64,000 bases of DNA from Bigelowiella natans CCMP2755 (GCA_000320545.1 ADNK01002059.1:61536-125535); one strand, 5' to 3'; positions 41,274-56,564 are shown, counted from the stretch's first letter. Notes: generated from the sequence alone by a model not told the origin. Numbers and translations: made by a program.

Positions 41274-42504
41274 TCGGTGATATATGAAAGATTGTTTGCA
41301 GGGTATATTTGCCTACGATGGAAGTATATGCAGTAGTACTAGTTTCAGTGACAGTGGTAAATGAATGTTTATGATGGCACCTCTTCTTCACTACCACCAC
41401 CACCATCACCATCATCATCATCATCATCATCATCAACATCATCATATGCTACACCCATCATCAAACCTTGAGCTCCAATCCAAGTACGGTTATTTGTGTA
41501 CGCTATCGTGTGCCAATCGCCACCATATCCGCTACTGCCAATTATACGATTCCTTCCATCATTATCATCATTCGGCGTGGGTCTTTTCTTCTCTTTCAGC
41601 TTTACAATCAACCGCAGAGCTCGAGCAGTGTACGATGGCATTTCAGCTGGAGATTTCCCATTGCTACTGTTACTACCATGGGGAGCAGCATCAGCATGAG
41701 AAGATGACCTTTAAGACATGTTGTTGAAATGAATCAAAGAATGGATATTTGGCCAAGTCTCTCTTTCGGAGAACACACAGAAAACAGCAGAACGGCTCCT
41801 ACGACGATCTACAACTAGCACCCTACTAGCAGCATTGAGATGGGTGGGTACACACGATTATATCTTACGTGTTAAACAACGGAGGAAATTCAGCTTGGTT
41901 CCGCCATCCTTGGCCTTTGTTTTAGTATTATTATTGTTATCATAAATGTTATTATAATTAGTAGCAGTTTGCGGAGGAGGAGGAGTAGGAGGAGGAGGGG
42001 AGGCAGTAGCAGCAACAACATTCTATACCACTTGTATGATTATTCATCCAGACGTGATTACAAATAACGTTTGCTACTATATGATCGATCGGCTATCATG
42101 ATCGTCATGATCATTATCATCATCATCACTATCGCAGACCTATCATGACACCAATGACGTTATCTGAAGTCGTTCTGCCTCTCACACCACGCAGGGACTT
42201 TAGCAGAATGATAGGAAGTATCTCGTATGTAGCATAAAAACATGTTTTGTCGTAGCGGCTCCAGCCCACGCCTGAATTATTATCATTATTAGTGTTATTA
42301 TTTTAGGTAGTATCGGTATCATTATCGTCATCGTTATTATTGCATTGAAGATGCTGCTGTGTCAGGAGCGAGGGGATTGATGATGCGGAAGAGTGATGAG
42401 GTATGTAGGTGGTGGATTGAAATATAAGAGATTAGTGAGTGTTGTTGCGAGGTTGTTGTGAGCCCATCATGTATACGCATGTATGATGCTTTGGTTCTGA
42501 GCTC

Positions 42505-42538
<34 letters not shown>

Positions 42539-42567
42539 CATGGTGGAGGTGATGACAGTGGTAGTGG

Positions 42568-42598
<31 letters not shown>

Positions 42599-42916
42599 AG
42601 ATAGATGATGAGGCAGTAGCTTCATCTAATCTTGAATTCGAAGAGTAAAAGGTATAATAACACGCTGCTACTATGAAATAGATATACCTAGGCGCTCACG
42701 CACACGCTGCTACTATGAAATAGATATACCTAGGCGCTCACGCTTGCTGACTTTCTGGCCGTTGACGTAGATCTGCACGAGTTATTATTGGAACAGCAAA
42801 GAATTATGTGGGCTAGATGATATCAACACCGACAATTACAATGCCAACAACAACAACAACAATGATAATGATGATGATGATGATGATGATGATGAAATTG
42901 ACGAAAAGGATGAATT

Positions 42917-42957
<41 letters not shown>

Positions 42958-43207
42958 AACCATATGGGATATCATGACCATGCAACAAATAGCTACCTAC
43001 TTGAGCGTTTTCCCTGTCTAATTATAGTATTGCTATTAATATGCGCTACTGATTTAGTAACCCTTCTACTACTACTTCTACTACTCCTACTACTACTTGC
43101 TCCTTATTTTATGATAGAAAGAAGAGTGGATTAAAGAGAAAGAACCTGAGCCCAAGCCAGCCCTGAAACATAGACGCGAACCTGAAAATAGTATTAGCAG
43201 TGGTTCA

Positions 43208-43242
<35 letters not shown>

Positions 43243-43296
43243 TTGTATTGGTGTTGTAGCAATGACTGTGACACTACGTTGGATCATGCCCACAGC

Positions 43297-43333
<37 letters not shown>

Positions 43334-44982
43334 CGGTAGACCGCGACAAAACAATCGTATATCTATTGCCAGTGCTATTTTACGAGTTGTTAAAATTCGT
43401 TTCCGGTAAGCAGCTTATCACTGCATTGAATCATCATCACACTGTAACAATGAAGCCAAGAAAGCAGCGCACAAGCAACAACCTTTCGTGCATTCGCTAA
43501 CAGTTCTTCCGGCACAGTGAAATTCGAACGATAGATCTTCATATTATCATCGCCTGAAATTGGCAACTATTTCTCACGTTGAGCTTCACAGTCTTTATGA
43601 CTATAACAGCCCTCGCTAATGATAACTAACAGCAACATCGACATGATCATTCTCTTCGTCACAGCCAACTTCACCTATCCATGAAGATGGAGCCCAATGT
43701 AGTAGCACGTCATCATCGTTTCCATGACCAGCGGCTGTCTTCACAACTCCTATATTGTTTTCCACCGTCGATAATAAATCAATAGATAAAAGCAATATCA
43801 CATCAGGTATGTAAGCTGTTGTTGCGGAGAGAATGTTTGTAGGTCCTGAATACTTGCGACAATCTTCATCTCAGTCACTTATTACCGATTCCACGGTCAA
43901 AGCATGCAGCCTTCGACGGAGGCGACCACCGATAACTCTTAGTTCTCCACTGATAACTGCAGTTTATTGCGATTAATGGCGGGGCAAAACATTATGTTTT
44001 CCTCTATTTTTTAGGGTACTTTCTCGAAAAAGTATGTTGGTGACCGGCCTATCTACTAGATGAACGATTTATCATTACGCACGAACCTCTTCCACTGTAC
44101 AACGACGCAGTATCTCGAGCCTAAAGACAACAAATCTAGGCATCAGCACAGAGTGTAACATATATCAGGGGAAGGTTACGCTATCAGAGAACCTGCTATT
44201 AATCTATATTTGCCATCGTATTGCATTTGCGTGCTTTCTCCTGCTCTGAATTTCGAGTTCCAAACAATTTTTCCCACCTGAGTAGCAAGTAGCAGCAGTG
44301 TTGTATTTTCAGCACGATAATATCAAAAAGTAGCGAAGCAGTCGAAGTAGTAGGTTGACAATGTGTTTTAAAATTTGATGGATGTTGTCAATCATATTAA
44401 TTTCATCATTCGTTGCAAAGATAGACTCGTTCTAAGAGAGAGGTGATAAGGAAATGAAAGCTACTACCCGAATTAGATTAGATTACCACCTCTATCTTAT
44501 CGTCGCTATCGTCAACGGCATATAACCTCACGATTGACCCGTTCACTTTCAATCCGCGATGCGAATAGCGTGGGGGGGGGATGGCCCAACTGCGGATGGA
44601 TTGGAACAAATGAATAACATTCTAATAGTAGATATGCCTATAATTCGACAGGGGTAATTGGGCAATGGAACCTAAAGAGTGGGCGGTCATGGTCTATCGC
44701 CAGTACCAACCCGACCTTATTCGAGATGTCATTCGAAGCATTCATTAACCAAAGGAGGTGCAATTTAAATCTCTGATCTACCTCGCCTGCTCTTGCATAT
44801 TTCGCAGGGTCCAACCCATCAATCTTGACGTTTGTCACGGCTGGGATCGACGATGGTTGGATGAGGAAGGGTAAGGTAGGTCTCAACAAAGAAAGAATAA
44901 GTGCGAGTATCAAGGGCATCGTTGAGAAGCTGCCATACGAAAGCCAACGGAATGTCGTCGACCTAAAATTGGGCACAGCCAT
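35912..44982 (-). CDS. GH78-family alpha-L-rhamnosidase, secreted (multi-exon)
   Basis: YDGVTYDARI, FVVDFGQNLAG, FTYHGFRYVEI, SVLTDCPQRSERLGWMGDA, YYGDWL, LSVGMFG and MWEKW...SRNHHM. Signal peptide near 44982. Confidence 0.9.
42660..42743. repeat. ~42-bp tandem duplication within the GH78 gene
   Basis: acacgctgctactatgaaatagatatacctaggcgctcacgc occurs twice. Confidence 0.9.
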
Positions 44983-45529
44983 TCATTTTTAATGCTTTCA
45001 CTTTAATCCCCTCCTCTATTTCTTCTAAAGCCTTGTTTGGACCAGTCAAGGAAGAGGTGTGCTTGGAGTGCCACGTCCTATTCTTCCGATCGAAAGCTCC
45101 AACAGCCTTGCCTCAATGCTCGTACTCGTATGTGAATGGAAATATAGAAATCGATATTTCTTCAGTCGCAGGGCATAAAAAAGGCAATTTCTTCCTGCGA
45201 CATGCGTAAAAAGTTGTGTGATATAATTTTAGGGTGATCGCTCTTTGGAGATGTGAATACCCGTTAGTACCGGTGTGTGTGTTGTTTATGCCCTGAATCC
45301 CGGTGTTCGTGGACATGTACCGAGTAACGCCTCTTGGTAACTACGAGAAACGCTGAGACATGTAGCGGCTAAGGAATCATTAAATTTCACGCCAATGCAT
45401 GGCGAATAGCCTCCCTCCTCTTTCAGGTCCCTCCTTGCACCCCTGTTTTCATCCCGATGGTTCATGCAGAGGGTCCTTACCTTGTTTCTCATGTATCTGA
45501 AGGTAATCAAAGGGCAGAATAGGATTAGA

Positions 45530-48500
45530 ATGCTACGTCTTCTGAACATCGTTGCCTTGGTGGCCGGGTTCTCTGCTTCGAGTTCTGCTCCGCAACTTTC
45601 ATGGAACAAAGATCTTCAATGGACAACCATGCCTCTGGGGCAAGGGGTCGGTAACTTATTCCAGTGCCCAACAACATCTACAGGCAGCTCTGAAAGCTTC
45701 ATAGTCGATCTAGGTACATCAGTAAATGAGAAGTCGTGGGACTAATTCTCTTATGATGATGATGATCATGATGATGATGAACATTTGCTAGGTCATGGCG
45801 GAGCAGATCAGGCCAACGTGTCCGTGTCTGCTCTTAAGGCATACTTACAACCCGCTGATATCAGCTATATTTTCGTCTCCCACCCGAATGAAAAGAACTA
45901 TGATCTCTTGTATCAAGTCTTCCCAACTGTTGCAGATCTGCCAGGTCTGCAAGGGATCCTCCTTGGTGGCCAGAAGTCATGTTACAATAAGAACATGCAA
46001 GCTTGGCTTTCTTTGTTCTCAGATAAAGTAGAGTACATTAATGATGAGAAGCCTTGCTACATGTGCAAGACTCTCAATTCTAAAGATTTGTGCAAAGGAT
46101 CAGATGAATCATTTTCGTTGGATATTCTTGCTGCAAACTTGGGAACGTCGAAGAATGCAAGAAGTTTACTCACTCAAGTATCGTTCAATGAGAAGAAACT
46201 CTTGATTCCTGGTAATCTAGAAGGCTCCGATAATTACGATTCTGTAATTAACAATGTTGGTGTGAAGCACTTGCGCTCGGATGTCCTGCAATTATCGCAC
46301 GGAGGAACCGCAACGCTGGCAAATACACAAAACTGGCTCAATGCTGTAAATGCTGCAAAATACATTGTCAGCAGTGAAATGAGGGATTCAACATCGAAAC
46401 ATCCCAGTTGTGCTACAATTCGACGAATAGAATGGATACCTCTCTCGAAACTCGGAGCTAGTGAACCTCACACAGTCCAGTGCGGGGAGCCATTTTCATC
46501 ATATTCTCAATACCAGTCTGCAATTTACCAAACGATGACCTTCACTTCGACCAACATAGAGATGTTCTTTACGAAAGTAACTGTCGGGAGCGCAGGGTTG
46601 GATGTGAAGCAAACTATCGCCGACAGTGAGTGGATTGACACAATAACCGCTCTCGACATAATTGCTCAGAACATTCGTACGTGCGATGATTGTGTGACGG
46701 TCATATCTGGAATGGAGAATGTTACACCAAATGACACGATTAGCTCTCTGAAAGTCACGTTAGCCGTCGATAGTGAATCTATTGGGTTTGGTGAATCGTT
46801 CGGAGATATGAGTGCCATCATGCAACAAGACAACGGGATCTTTACGGTCACCGCTCAACATGAAGGAAAAATGGATTTTCTGTTCAATGGATGTGACGGC
46901 GTTCATCCATTGACAATACGAGACCCTATGTTAGTAGTCACTAGTCCTGCAGAGAACAAAGACAATCCAAGCAAGTGGAAAACTGAAGTTTACGCAAGTC
47001 TCTACACCCCTACAAGCTTTGTAACTCGTCGTTTGTACTGCATGATCTCGCCCTCTCCGAGCCAAGGCGACTCCCCTGTTAATTGCCAAATCCAAGTCCA
47101 GGTCGCAGATCTATCATTCGAAACCGTAATGATCAGCTCCTCTGAATGCGCGCAAACTTCGGCTTTGGAGTTTATCTTGGAGGAATCAAGTCACCTTGAC
47201 GCTTTTACTCGTGAAGGGGACGCGTCTCCAGCAGTATTACCTTCATCAGGATCATTCAAAGCTTTCCTTCCCCTTTACGATAATCCTGATCCAACCATAA
47301 ACCCAATCGACACTGTTACGTCGAGCCCGGAGACGATACGGATCGCTGACATGAATGGGGTGTATGATCCAAACGGGACTACGATATTCCGCATCAGACA
47401 AGACCCCACCTTCAACGTGTCTAAGTCGATAGGGCCGTTTCTCTGCTCCATCAAAGATGCCCATCTCGAAATCTTCGTGAATCCCCCAGGATCAGCGCAG
47501 AAGCACAATTTCTCAGGAGGTATGACCCTGGATGTGGATTTCCCATTTTTCGGTCCTGACGTTGAGATTGCTGCAAAGCTTGAATTTCCGATTACTACGA
47601 ACGCGCCTTTTTACCTCAACGTTTCCATGCCGCCCACACCCAAGACGCTCAACATCGGCTTTAGCGGATCTATCCAATATTATGGAAAATATAACCCAAA
47701 CAACATGGGCTATGTTGGAATTTCGATCCCAGGCCTAGGGGACTTCTCCACCTCCACAAAGCTACCCGCCAACCTGTCCCTCACGCAAATCCCACTGCTC
47801 ATTCCAGATTACTTTTCTGGTCTTTCGTACAATCGCACGACAGGCAAGTATTTGTTTGAAGGTTTCGCAGGAACTGCCAGTGCAGCTTTGGGCCGGGTTG
47901 ACATGAAAAGAGCTTCTTACCGTTTCAAGAGGTTCATTGACGATCTGTTACCGAATTCAGTACCTTCAAACGCGAGTGCTGACGAAATAGAACGTATCAA
48001 CAAGAAGAGGCAGAACTCTATTCATAGGCGCAGGTTTGCTGCTCAGGCCGTTCGAAATCTTGGATTGCGGTCTTACGCATCGTTTCATGAGCAATTGGTG
48101 GACGATGATGATGCAGATACAAGCTTTCCTTCCATTCCACTACCGCCAGTAAACTTTGACGATCTAGGAGGAGCAGGTTGCTAGAATCACTACTACACTT
48201 AGCTATTACGGAGTACAAAATTGAAAATTATTCATTAATTATTCATATGATCTGAATGTTGTGTTTCTCTTTCTACTTTTGCAACAACAATAGGATGCTT
48301 GGAGGCCCTCTTTGGAAGCGACAAAACAGATGTCATTTTTCACAAAGAAGGAGATCTAAAAGACATCATTGCGGGTCTTCCTATGAGGTTTGTACTACCT
48401 CCAGGTTTGCTCAACTCTACAGCCATGTACATCGAGCATCTTTTCGGATTCAACGAACACAACCGAGTTAAGCTGGAAAACATTACTATCGACATACGAA

Positions 48501-51500
48501 AACTCGAAACTTCCACTCCAAAAGGAAACGTAGTATATGAAGGCGTGATTGCCTCTAGCATCATCATTGATGAGTTAGTGATGTACCTTTACCTTGGAAT
48601 CACGACTGAGCCTCTTGGAAGCGACACCTCAAAATGTGTCATTCCTTCTCCAGTTAACAAACGGGTAAGTAAGCCAATCACACATTATCACCAGAGGGAT
48701 AACAACGGCTCCAAGTCGACGATGCTGACGATGCTGATGATGATGATGATGATGACCCATTACTGCGATTTCATTTTTCAATCAAGCTGATCACTCCACT
48801 AACACAACGACTTTTGTTATAATTCAGGTATCTTTCCTTCACGATACAAGCTCGGCGCTCTCAATCGAGAATTCTGCGGTTCGTTTGTACATGCTGGAGT
48901 TGGTATACATCTCGCCATTCATCGACGTAAATGGAACGGTTTACGGGGTTAACTCCGAATGCCCGAACCGCATTCTAGTAGGGGAGGGAGAAGCTGTCCT
49001 TCCTTTAGTATCTGTGAATTCTCAGAGAAAAGAGATCAAGGTCAAGGCTTGGTATAATCTCTGCAACTCCAGTGCCACTGACCCTCGATGGAGGCTGGAA
49101 AGTAGCGGCCTGCTTACAGACTTTGAGGTCTTTGGAAAGGAGATTTCGTTATTTGAGGCGTCGATGGCTGCTGTGGGCTACAGGGTCGATCCAAGCCAGA
49201 ATACTACGGAGGCTCACGAATCAATATATTGGAAGCTTCATTTGGACGGAGAAGCGCGGAATTTCGTAGGAATTGACGAAATATCGGTGGCATTTACGGC
49301 CGACTACGGTAAGAACTTGCCCGTATTTATGGAGGCAATGTTGTCTATAAACTCGACATTACTGCACGACAAGGATCTTCGAATTACTGGGCTTCTCAAT
49401 TACACTCGCAACCAGAGCGCTTACGGAGATGTGAGCCTTGACCTCAGAACTGGATTCGGCCACGTACTAGCTGACGGTTCGTTTAATAAGGATGTCCCCC
49501 TCGGGTCGAACGGCAGGTTTTACACGTGGAAAGTTGATGCTGATATAAAATACCTTGAGCTTGGTGTCATTACTATCAAGAAATCCTTCCTTTCTGTTCG
49601 CTGCGTTCCGCGTAATTTTACCGAGGCGCTGAATCAGACGGTGGCAATCAACGACATTGTGGGAGAATTCGACGTAGAAGCGGCCTCTCTATCAGGCCAG
49701 AATATGCTCCTTGGAACAGCCGATATCAGCTTTAATGGCACCAAATCCGCTAATGTTACATTTAACTACCATCACGAATCCACTTACCTCGCTCTAGATG
49801 GTAGTTTGGAGTTGGTTCTTCCAGCGACAGGACCAAACGCCAGAGCTCAGGGATCGGTGAACGTTACTCTTCGCCCTACCCCTCTACACCCTCAGCCTGC
49901 TCAGTTCTCTGCCACCTTAACTTGGTGCAACAATGTTACCTGTGGGGATGCTATGTTTGATGCGGAGACTGGATATCCATTGTACTTCGATAGAGTAAAG
50001 GGAAGCATCGTTGAATCGAAGCAAATTCGACAAGGACTGTTGGGTGAAGTTGGGCGGCCATTGTCAAGTATCCATCAGATGGCGCTGCTCTCGCAGATGA
50101 CAGCCCAAAGCGGTAAAACAAGCATTATTGTCGAAGGTCAAACCAAGAACTGGAAGCTTGGCCCATTTTTCCTTGAGAAGCTTGCTCTCTCGATGCGATG
50201 TGAGGACAGCATCTGCGTTGGCCAAGTGATGGGGCAGACTACTATTGGCAATGAGCTTGGAGTTTCCGTATCTTCGATGTTCTCTACTCAACTCGGATTC
50301 CAAGAGCTTGTGTTCAGTACACATGAAACAACAGGGTTGAATTTCTCAGACATCCACCGATTGATGATATTTCGAAAATCTTCTCCCTTTATTCTTCATC
50401 ATCCATCATTAATCATCATCACCAATAATAACATCAATATCAACAGCAGCAGTAGCACCACCATGTTATCATCACCAGCGAACATCTATCTCTAGTAATC
50501 TATGTAAGTAAATTGACCGTATCTCTGTCTTCAGGTTCATGGTCATGAGCGCGATGCTCAAATACGACTTGGGAAATATCACCGAACGCGCCTATCGACT
50601 GGAAGGGAATGCGACAGTAGTTTTCAATTTGCCAAAGGATGGGAATGGGCTGCCAGCTCCTAAGGGAGTAGCTAATGCTGAATTCGGAGCTAAAGATGTA
50701 GATGTTGTGTATGAGGTTGAAGAAAGCGGCAATGTCTCAATTTCAATCAGCGGGAAGCTAGAGGTCAAGGGCACCATACTTGATTTCTCGTTCACGCGAA
50801 CGGATAGCAAATGCTGGAACGGCCTGTTTAGAGACGGCAGCTTTGGTATCGAAATCAAGTGCGGCGAGATCGATTTGGAAGGATACATAAGCTTCCGAAA
50901 GAAATTCAAGTACTTGACCATCGAAACGAACGCGACGCTATTGTATGGCGACCAGCGCCCTGTGCCCGGATGCAAACACACTTTTGCTGGCAATGGATCA
51001 TCGATCTTAGATTTCAATCTTCCACATTTAGATATCCCAAGAATCAATTTCCGTATGAACGCTGTTGGTTGCTCTCATTACTATGAAGCCATCCTCGAAG
51101 TCGAAACTGCAGAAGAGGCGAGCGGGATGGTTGTCCCACTTGGCCATTCAAACCTCAAGATTGGTCATCTCGGAGCTATGGTCTCTTACATCATGCAACC
51201 AGGGGCAACCTCTCCAGAACTGAAGGTTGCGTTGGTTGGCACCGTAGGCGGCTCCATCCAGTCAAACACAGCTCTCGACATCGTGATTGCGTTTGAGCCG
51301 CAAAAGTGGATATTCGCAGGTATACTCAAGGGGCCGACAACCTTAGGCGGACTGATATCTCAACTCGCTCCTGGAGTATCTGTATCTCACCTTGATCCGA
51401 GCAACTATCTGGGACTCATCGACAATGCGCTGGTTACGCTCGGCCATTCCGACGACACCAGTGTTATGGTCGCCTTCCAGATCGAAGCCTTCGGAGTCGC

Positions 51501-54500
51501 AAATTGCACCGCGCAGATGACGATTGGAGGAGATCAGGTCATTCAGAATGGCACCGCTAGCGTCTCGGTATTCATCGAGATTGACACACTGTCAGGAAAT
51601 CTTCCAGCTCCTCTCAATAAGCTAGGTAATTTCATCCTGGGGCACCAAGGAGAAATTAGCTTGGTATTTGCTCTGTCGACCCAGCCTATCAACCCTACGA
51701 GTACTGATAATCCAGCACAAAACATCTTGGATTTTCTGAAGGACTTCGAGGTTGTAGGGAAGAGTCACGATCTGCATCTTTCCTTGATGGATCAGAATTA
51801 CAAGCAGACACAGAGTTCCAAGTTGACCTCCATTCAGAATCCAGAGATCTCGACTCTTCTTGCCAGAGCCCGTTCGGTTGCAGCTTCGTTCGAAAGCGAG
51901 CCTCTCCCAGGTGTTGGCCAAGGCGATTTTGGACCTGGACTCCTTGCAGCAGTGAAGCTTAGCTCAGGCAATGAGAAGTTTTCAAGCTTGAAGAAGAATG
52001 TGGACAATACGGCTGCCTTTGCCGATTCAATGCCAACGACTCCAGAGCTAGAAATGATAGCAGAATTCAATTGGGACGTCGAAGAGCTCAAACTTGCACT
52101 GCGACTAGCGATTTCTCATCAAATAACAACACGCGCGCAAAAGCACGTGCATTTGGAGAGCTTGATGCTGCTCGCCGACCTGAAGAAGAGCGCAGTTGAA
52201 ATGGGATTCGGCATTGAAATGAGCTACACGACAAGGCATGACCAGGTCTTTATGTTTGAGGGCGATGTTCTCGTCACTTCCGAAGCGGATCTTGACATTC
52301 TGCTCACTGCGTGGTCAAGCAAGGTATGGAGCGACCCTCTCGGCATAAGTCCAAACCTTGCCATTCTCTTTCCAGTTCAATTCGGCCTGGGAATCAACCT
52401 CCCGACTGGTGTTCCGGACTATCTGCAGCTGGCGGGAGGTTTGAGCATCTTAGGACAACGGGCTTACGCGTATGTGGCTCTGCACTTCGATAATAATGAT
52501 CAGGCAGCATGCTTCTCCGTCGAGGAGTTTGACCTCCATAAACTCGTTGCTGCTATATTTTGCAGTAAAGGAGATTGCCTTCCTCACGCTCTGGAGGTGT
52601 TGACTTCTATCAGCCTGGAGCTGGGCTATATCAAGGTCAACACAGGGTCCTCTGCGGTTATGAACGCGAAAATTGCTGGGCCGTGCCAAAGTCTACCGAT
52701 AGGCTTTAAAATGGACCTCCAAGAGCTCGATCTATTTAAGATCGTGAATGTGCAGGAAATGTGCTTGGCTGTGAATGAGAAGGACAAAGACATCTCTTCG
52801 CTTGTAGAATTGGATCCCATTAATCTTGGCCCTCTACATCTCACCAAATCGCACCAAAAGCAGTGTCAAGACATCCCATTACCTTCAGACGGTTCATGCC
52901 CTGCATCGAAGCCGGCTAATGGGCCTTTACTGATGTTGCATGCTAATACTAAGCAACTTGACTTTGCTTTCGACGGACGAATGAATGTGTTGGGGTTCGA
53001 TGTTGATGCTTGTATGAGGGTAACACCTTCCTCCTTCTACACTTCCATCAAGCTTAACCTGTCTCGATCCATTAGCTTCGATGCGCTTCTAGCTGCCAGC
53101 TACACGAAGAACCCTCCGACGTTCGATTTCGAAGTCAGAGCTGATCTTTACACAGTTGATGGCTTGATCGAGGCAATCAAAGAAGGTGCTGAAGATCTCT
53201 TCCATGATATCAATGTCGATCTGGAGAAAGGAGCAGCCGACGCAAAGAAGGCACTCTCCAAAGCACAGCTTGGAGTGCAGCATGCTAAAGCAGCTCTAAA
53301 ACGGGCGCAGAAAGCCGTAGGATCGAAACTCAGCGGATTGCTTTCCAAACTCTCCAGGGACGAGTCTGAAGAAAAATCGGAGAAAGCAACGTGCAAATAC
53401 TACGATCACAAGTGTGGCTTTTTCCACCCAGTCAAGTGCGTGAGAGCTGGAGCATGCTGGATTAAGTACGGAGTCATCGAAGCTGGTCTTAAGATCGCTG
53501 AGGCTGCAGTCAAAGCGGCGAAAGCTGTTGTCGAAACTGCTCTCAAAGCAGCTGAAGGAGCTCTCTCAGCAGCGAACGGTGTCCTAGAAGGCTTCAAACT
53601 TGCTGTAGATGCTGCTGTGGGAGCAATCGAACTAATGGAAAGGCTTGTTACCGAAGCGCTCAAGGCTCTTGCTTCTCTTTTCGACATTAAGACGCTCAAT
53701 CTCTATGCAGCACTACATAAAAAGACGGTGAAAGGTTCTTTCCATATGGTTGGCCGGGTCCTCACGAAGCCTTTCGACGTGAGCTTTGCCGCGTCGATCG
53801 ATTTTACCAATATTAAGACGATGGCCCTGAGCGCCGTGAAGAGCGTTCTCACGAGCATATTTGGCAATGTCGGCAAGAAGGAAATCAAAGACCTCTCCGA
53901 GATCGAAGGACTGTTGCGTCTTGGTAGTGGGGACTTTGGGGACAGCAGCTCGAATATATCCCATAGCTTGCAGTATTTCCTTCCTAAGCCTTTGCACCAC
54001 AGCGAACCTCTAATCCAGCGACCAACCGGAATGATATTTACCCCATCTGCGACAGGAAGTGCATTCGAAATGGAGGAGCTATGTAGAGCCGTTTTGTCTG
54101 CTCTGAAAAACATCGATCACACGGCTGTATATGTTGACCTCTCGAATCTACCTGGAACATGCTCTTTACCAGCAACAGTCGGTGCTAACAACACGCTGCA
54201 GCAAGTCCCCTGTATTAACAAAGTGATCGAGCAGTGCCTTAGCCCTGGATCTATTCACATGCACAAGCGAAAGGCATTTTATCATTCGGCAGAATCAACT
54301 CGCCTCGAAGTAGCTACACATCACAAGCAATACATGAGCAAACTGATGCAGACGTGCGAATCGTCAAAATGCCATGACCTTGCACATGACCTAGCAACAG
54401 ACACCTGGAGCGTCTCCTTCAAGGCCAACGACGCTGCTGGTTCAGGTCTCATTCCCAAGCTGCCAGATGTGAGCGCCGACATCCCAGTGCGCTATTCTTT

Positions 54501-55929
54501 TGATTTATCCGATAATAGCTATCACGGGGACATTCCAGACTTAAATGGTCCAGGTTTACATTCTCTGAACCTTGCTGGCAACTGGATTACCGGTGGCTTA
54601 CAGAACATCGCAGCCGCCAAAAATCTGCAGTCTCTTGATCTATCGAACAACTATGGGCTGTCTCACGACGGTGAATGCATTGCAGACACGCTGAAGAAGC
54701 TCACGGCGCTCTCTCATTTCAATTTTCAGGGAAACGATAGGCTCGTCCCTTCGGAGCCTATTCGCTGCACAAGGCAACGGGTGATTGATACAGCTGGCAT
54801 TCATCTAGTGGAGGAACTAGCTCATGATTCTCTTGTTGTTGGAGGAATTTGCGGAGGTTGTGATACAAACTTGGCCCCCTTCGGATGTCTCGGATTTCCG
54901 TGTATGAATGCCTCCCTCCTTGAGCTACAGATTGATAGCATCTTGGAGAAGGCTCAAGAAGTAGTTGCAGCTGAAGATCTGAACATCGAGCAGCTCTCGC
55001 GTGACATGATCGAGATTCTTAACTTCGATCAGCCGTCAAATGGCACTGGTTTTTACGTGACGTACACCATCAAGCCGAGCCAAGCAAACGCGGAGGAGAG
55101 GCCATTCTCCCTAGCCCAAGCTCGCTCGTTCTCACAACTGATGGGAAAGAAACCCGAAATCGTAGCAAACACGACAGCATGTCAGCCAGGGCTTGCAGGT
55201 CCGAACTGCGACATCGAGTGCTACTACGGATGGGAAAGGACATCGGCTATTCCTCCCACAGATGATTCTGAGCATGAAATCAAGTCTCACAGGCTTCCAC
55301 GATGCCACACGCCAGTCACATTTGACACCTGTCCTAACAGCACTTTAGTCGCAGCACTGCGAGACGTCACCGAGCACTGCGACGGCACTCAGACTCCTAA
55401 ATCAAAGGAATTGTGCTTGGAGGCTTTGTACCCTGCGGTCGGGCTGTTAAAATCCACGCAAGCAACGGCTGATATTCCTCAAAATCTAACCCTTGCCAAT
55501 TACTTTTGTAATGAAACGGCATTGAACATGATCACGGAGCCATGCGCTCGAGCCGTAATTCCTGTGTATTCATACGCAACTCTATGCTCGCCGCCCCCCG
55601 GTAACGACGACAACAACAACAAAAAAGCGGTGCTGAAGGTCTGGCATATCGTTCTGATTGCCTGTGCTGGAGCTATGATCCTGCTATCTGGGGTAGGTGT
55701 CGGTGTTCGCCGATGGTACAAATCTAAGGGAGAGCAAAACCAAGCTCAATCAGAGGGAGATCACGGCATATCGCCCGAATATCAGAATCTTCCTGACCAT
55801 GATGACCACCATCACAAGCCTGGGACATGGGTGCAAGAGCCTTCATTAGACCCCATTCTTGAGGAACCAGAGACAGAGATCGACAGAGCGCACAGATCTT
55901 CTCTGGGAGGAGAGATCATCAGTCATTAG
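45530..55929 (+). CDS. Very large (~3300 aa) type I membrane protein: signal peptide, degenerate ComEC/Rec2-type metallo-beta-lactamase fold, long beta-rich region, Ala/Lys amphipathic helices, LRRs, EGF-like unit, TM, cytoplasmic tail
   Basis: ATG at 45530 gives MLRLLNIVALVAGFSASS. About 5 exons (ORFs 45785-48184, 48299-48790, 48885-50495, 50539-55929). MBL-like motifs LGQG, IVDLG, SHPNEKN, IPGN, DVLQLSHGG and KHP. LRRs DLSDN, LNLAGN and LDLSNN. EGF-like CQPGLAGPNC. TM WHIVLIACAGAMILLSGVGVGV followed by RR. Confidence 0.8.
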
Positions 55930-56564
55930 CTGAACATCTAATTTGTTCAAATTGCAGCGCTGATCGACAACGAATACGTGCGTTACGTCGGTGATCGGGC
56001 AATTTCCTCCTTTCAGATTTATTGTAAATAACATACATAATAAAAATTACATGAATGTACATCCATGCAGCGCCCCCGCTTCATTATTGCCGCGTGTGTA
56101 GCATGCGCACGCTAGCATAGCAAGCTTCTATTATACTACTACCGCACATGGAGAAACTTGCGTTGCTTTGGCCGTGTAGATGGCCAACATCGCAAGGGCT
56201 AGCTAGCAAGCTAGTACTAGAGTGTACGATCACATTTGCGATAAGCAGAGTCAGTTTGCTGCTATACGTGTGTAGCAACAATCTGCGCCCTGCCATTGGC
56301 CTGTCTAGCTGTGTTGCTCTTGCCTCGAATAACAGACACAGCAATATAATATATATATAATATAGTATATTGCATGTCTATCATTCGATCAGTCACATGG
56401 TTGGCGACGACGTGCTAGGGTGCTTAACACTGTGAGCGGATAATGGCCACGTTTATTTGCAGCGTCAACTTGTGCTTTGTTCATCGTCACCTTGCTAGCT
56501 TGCATCGGAGGAGGGTGCAAAGCAAATTAGACAGGTCCTATTCCTACAGCTACATCGCTTTCTA

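Noticed and set aside
50592-54113. Antisense ORFs opposite the 1796-aa exon
   Set aside because: They are shadow ORFs of the sense coding strand.
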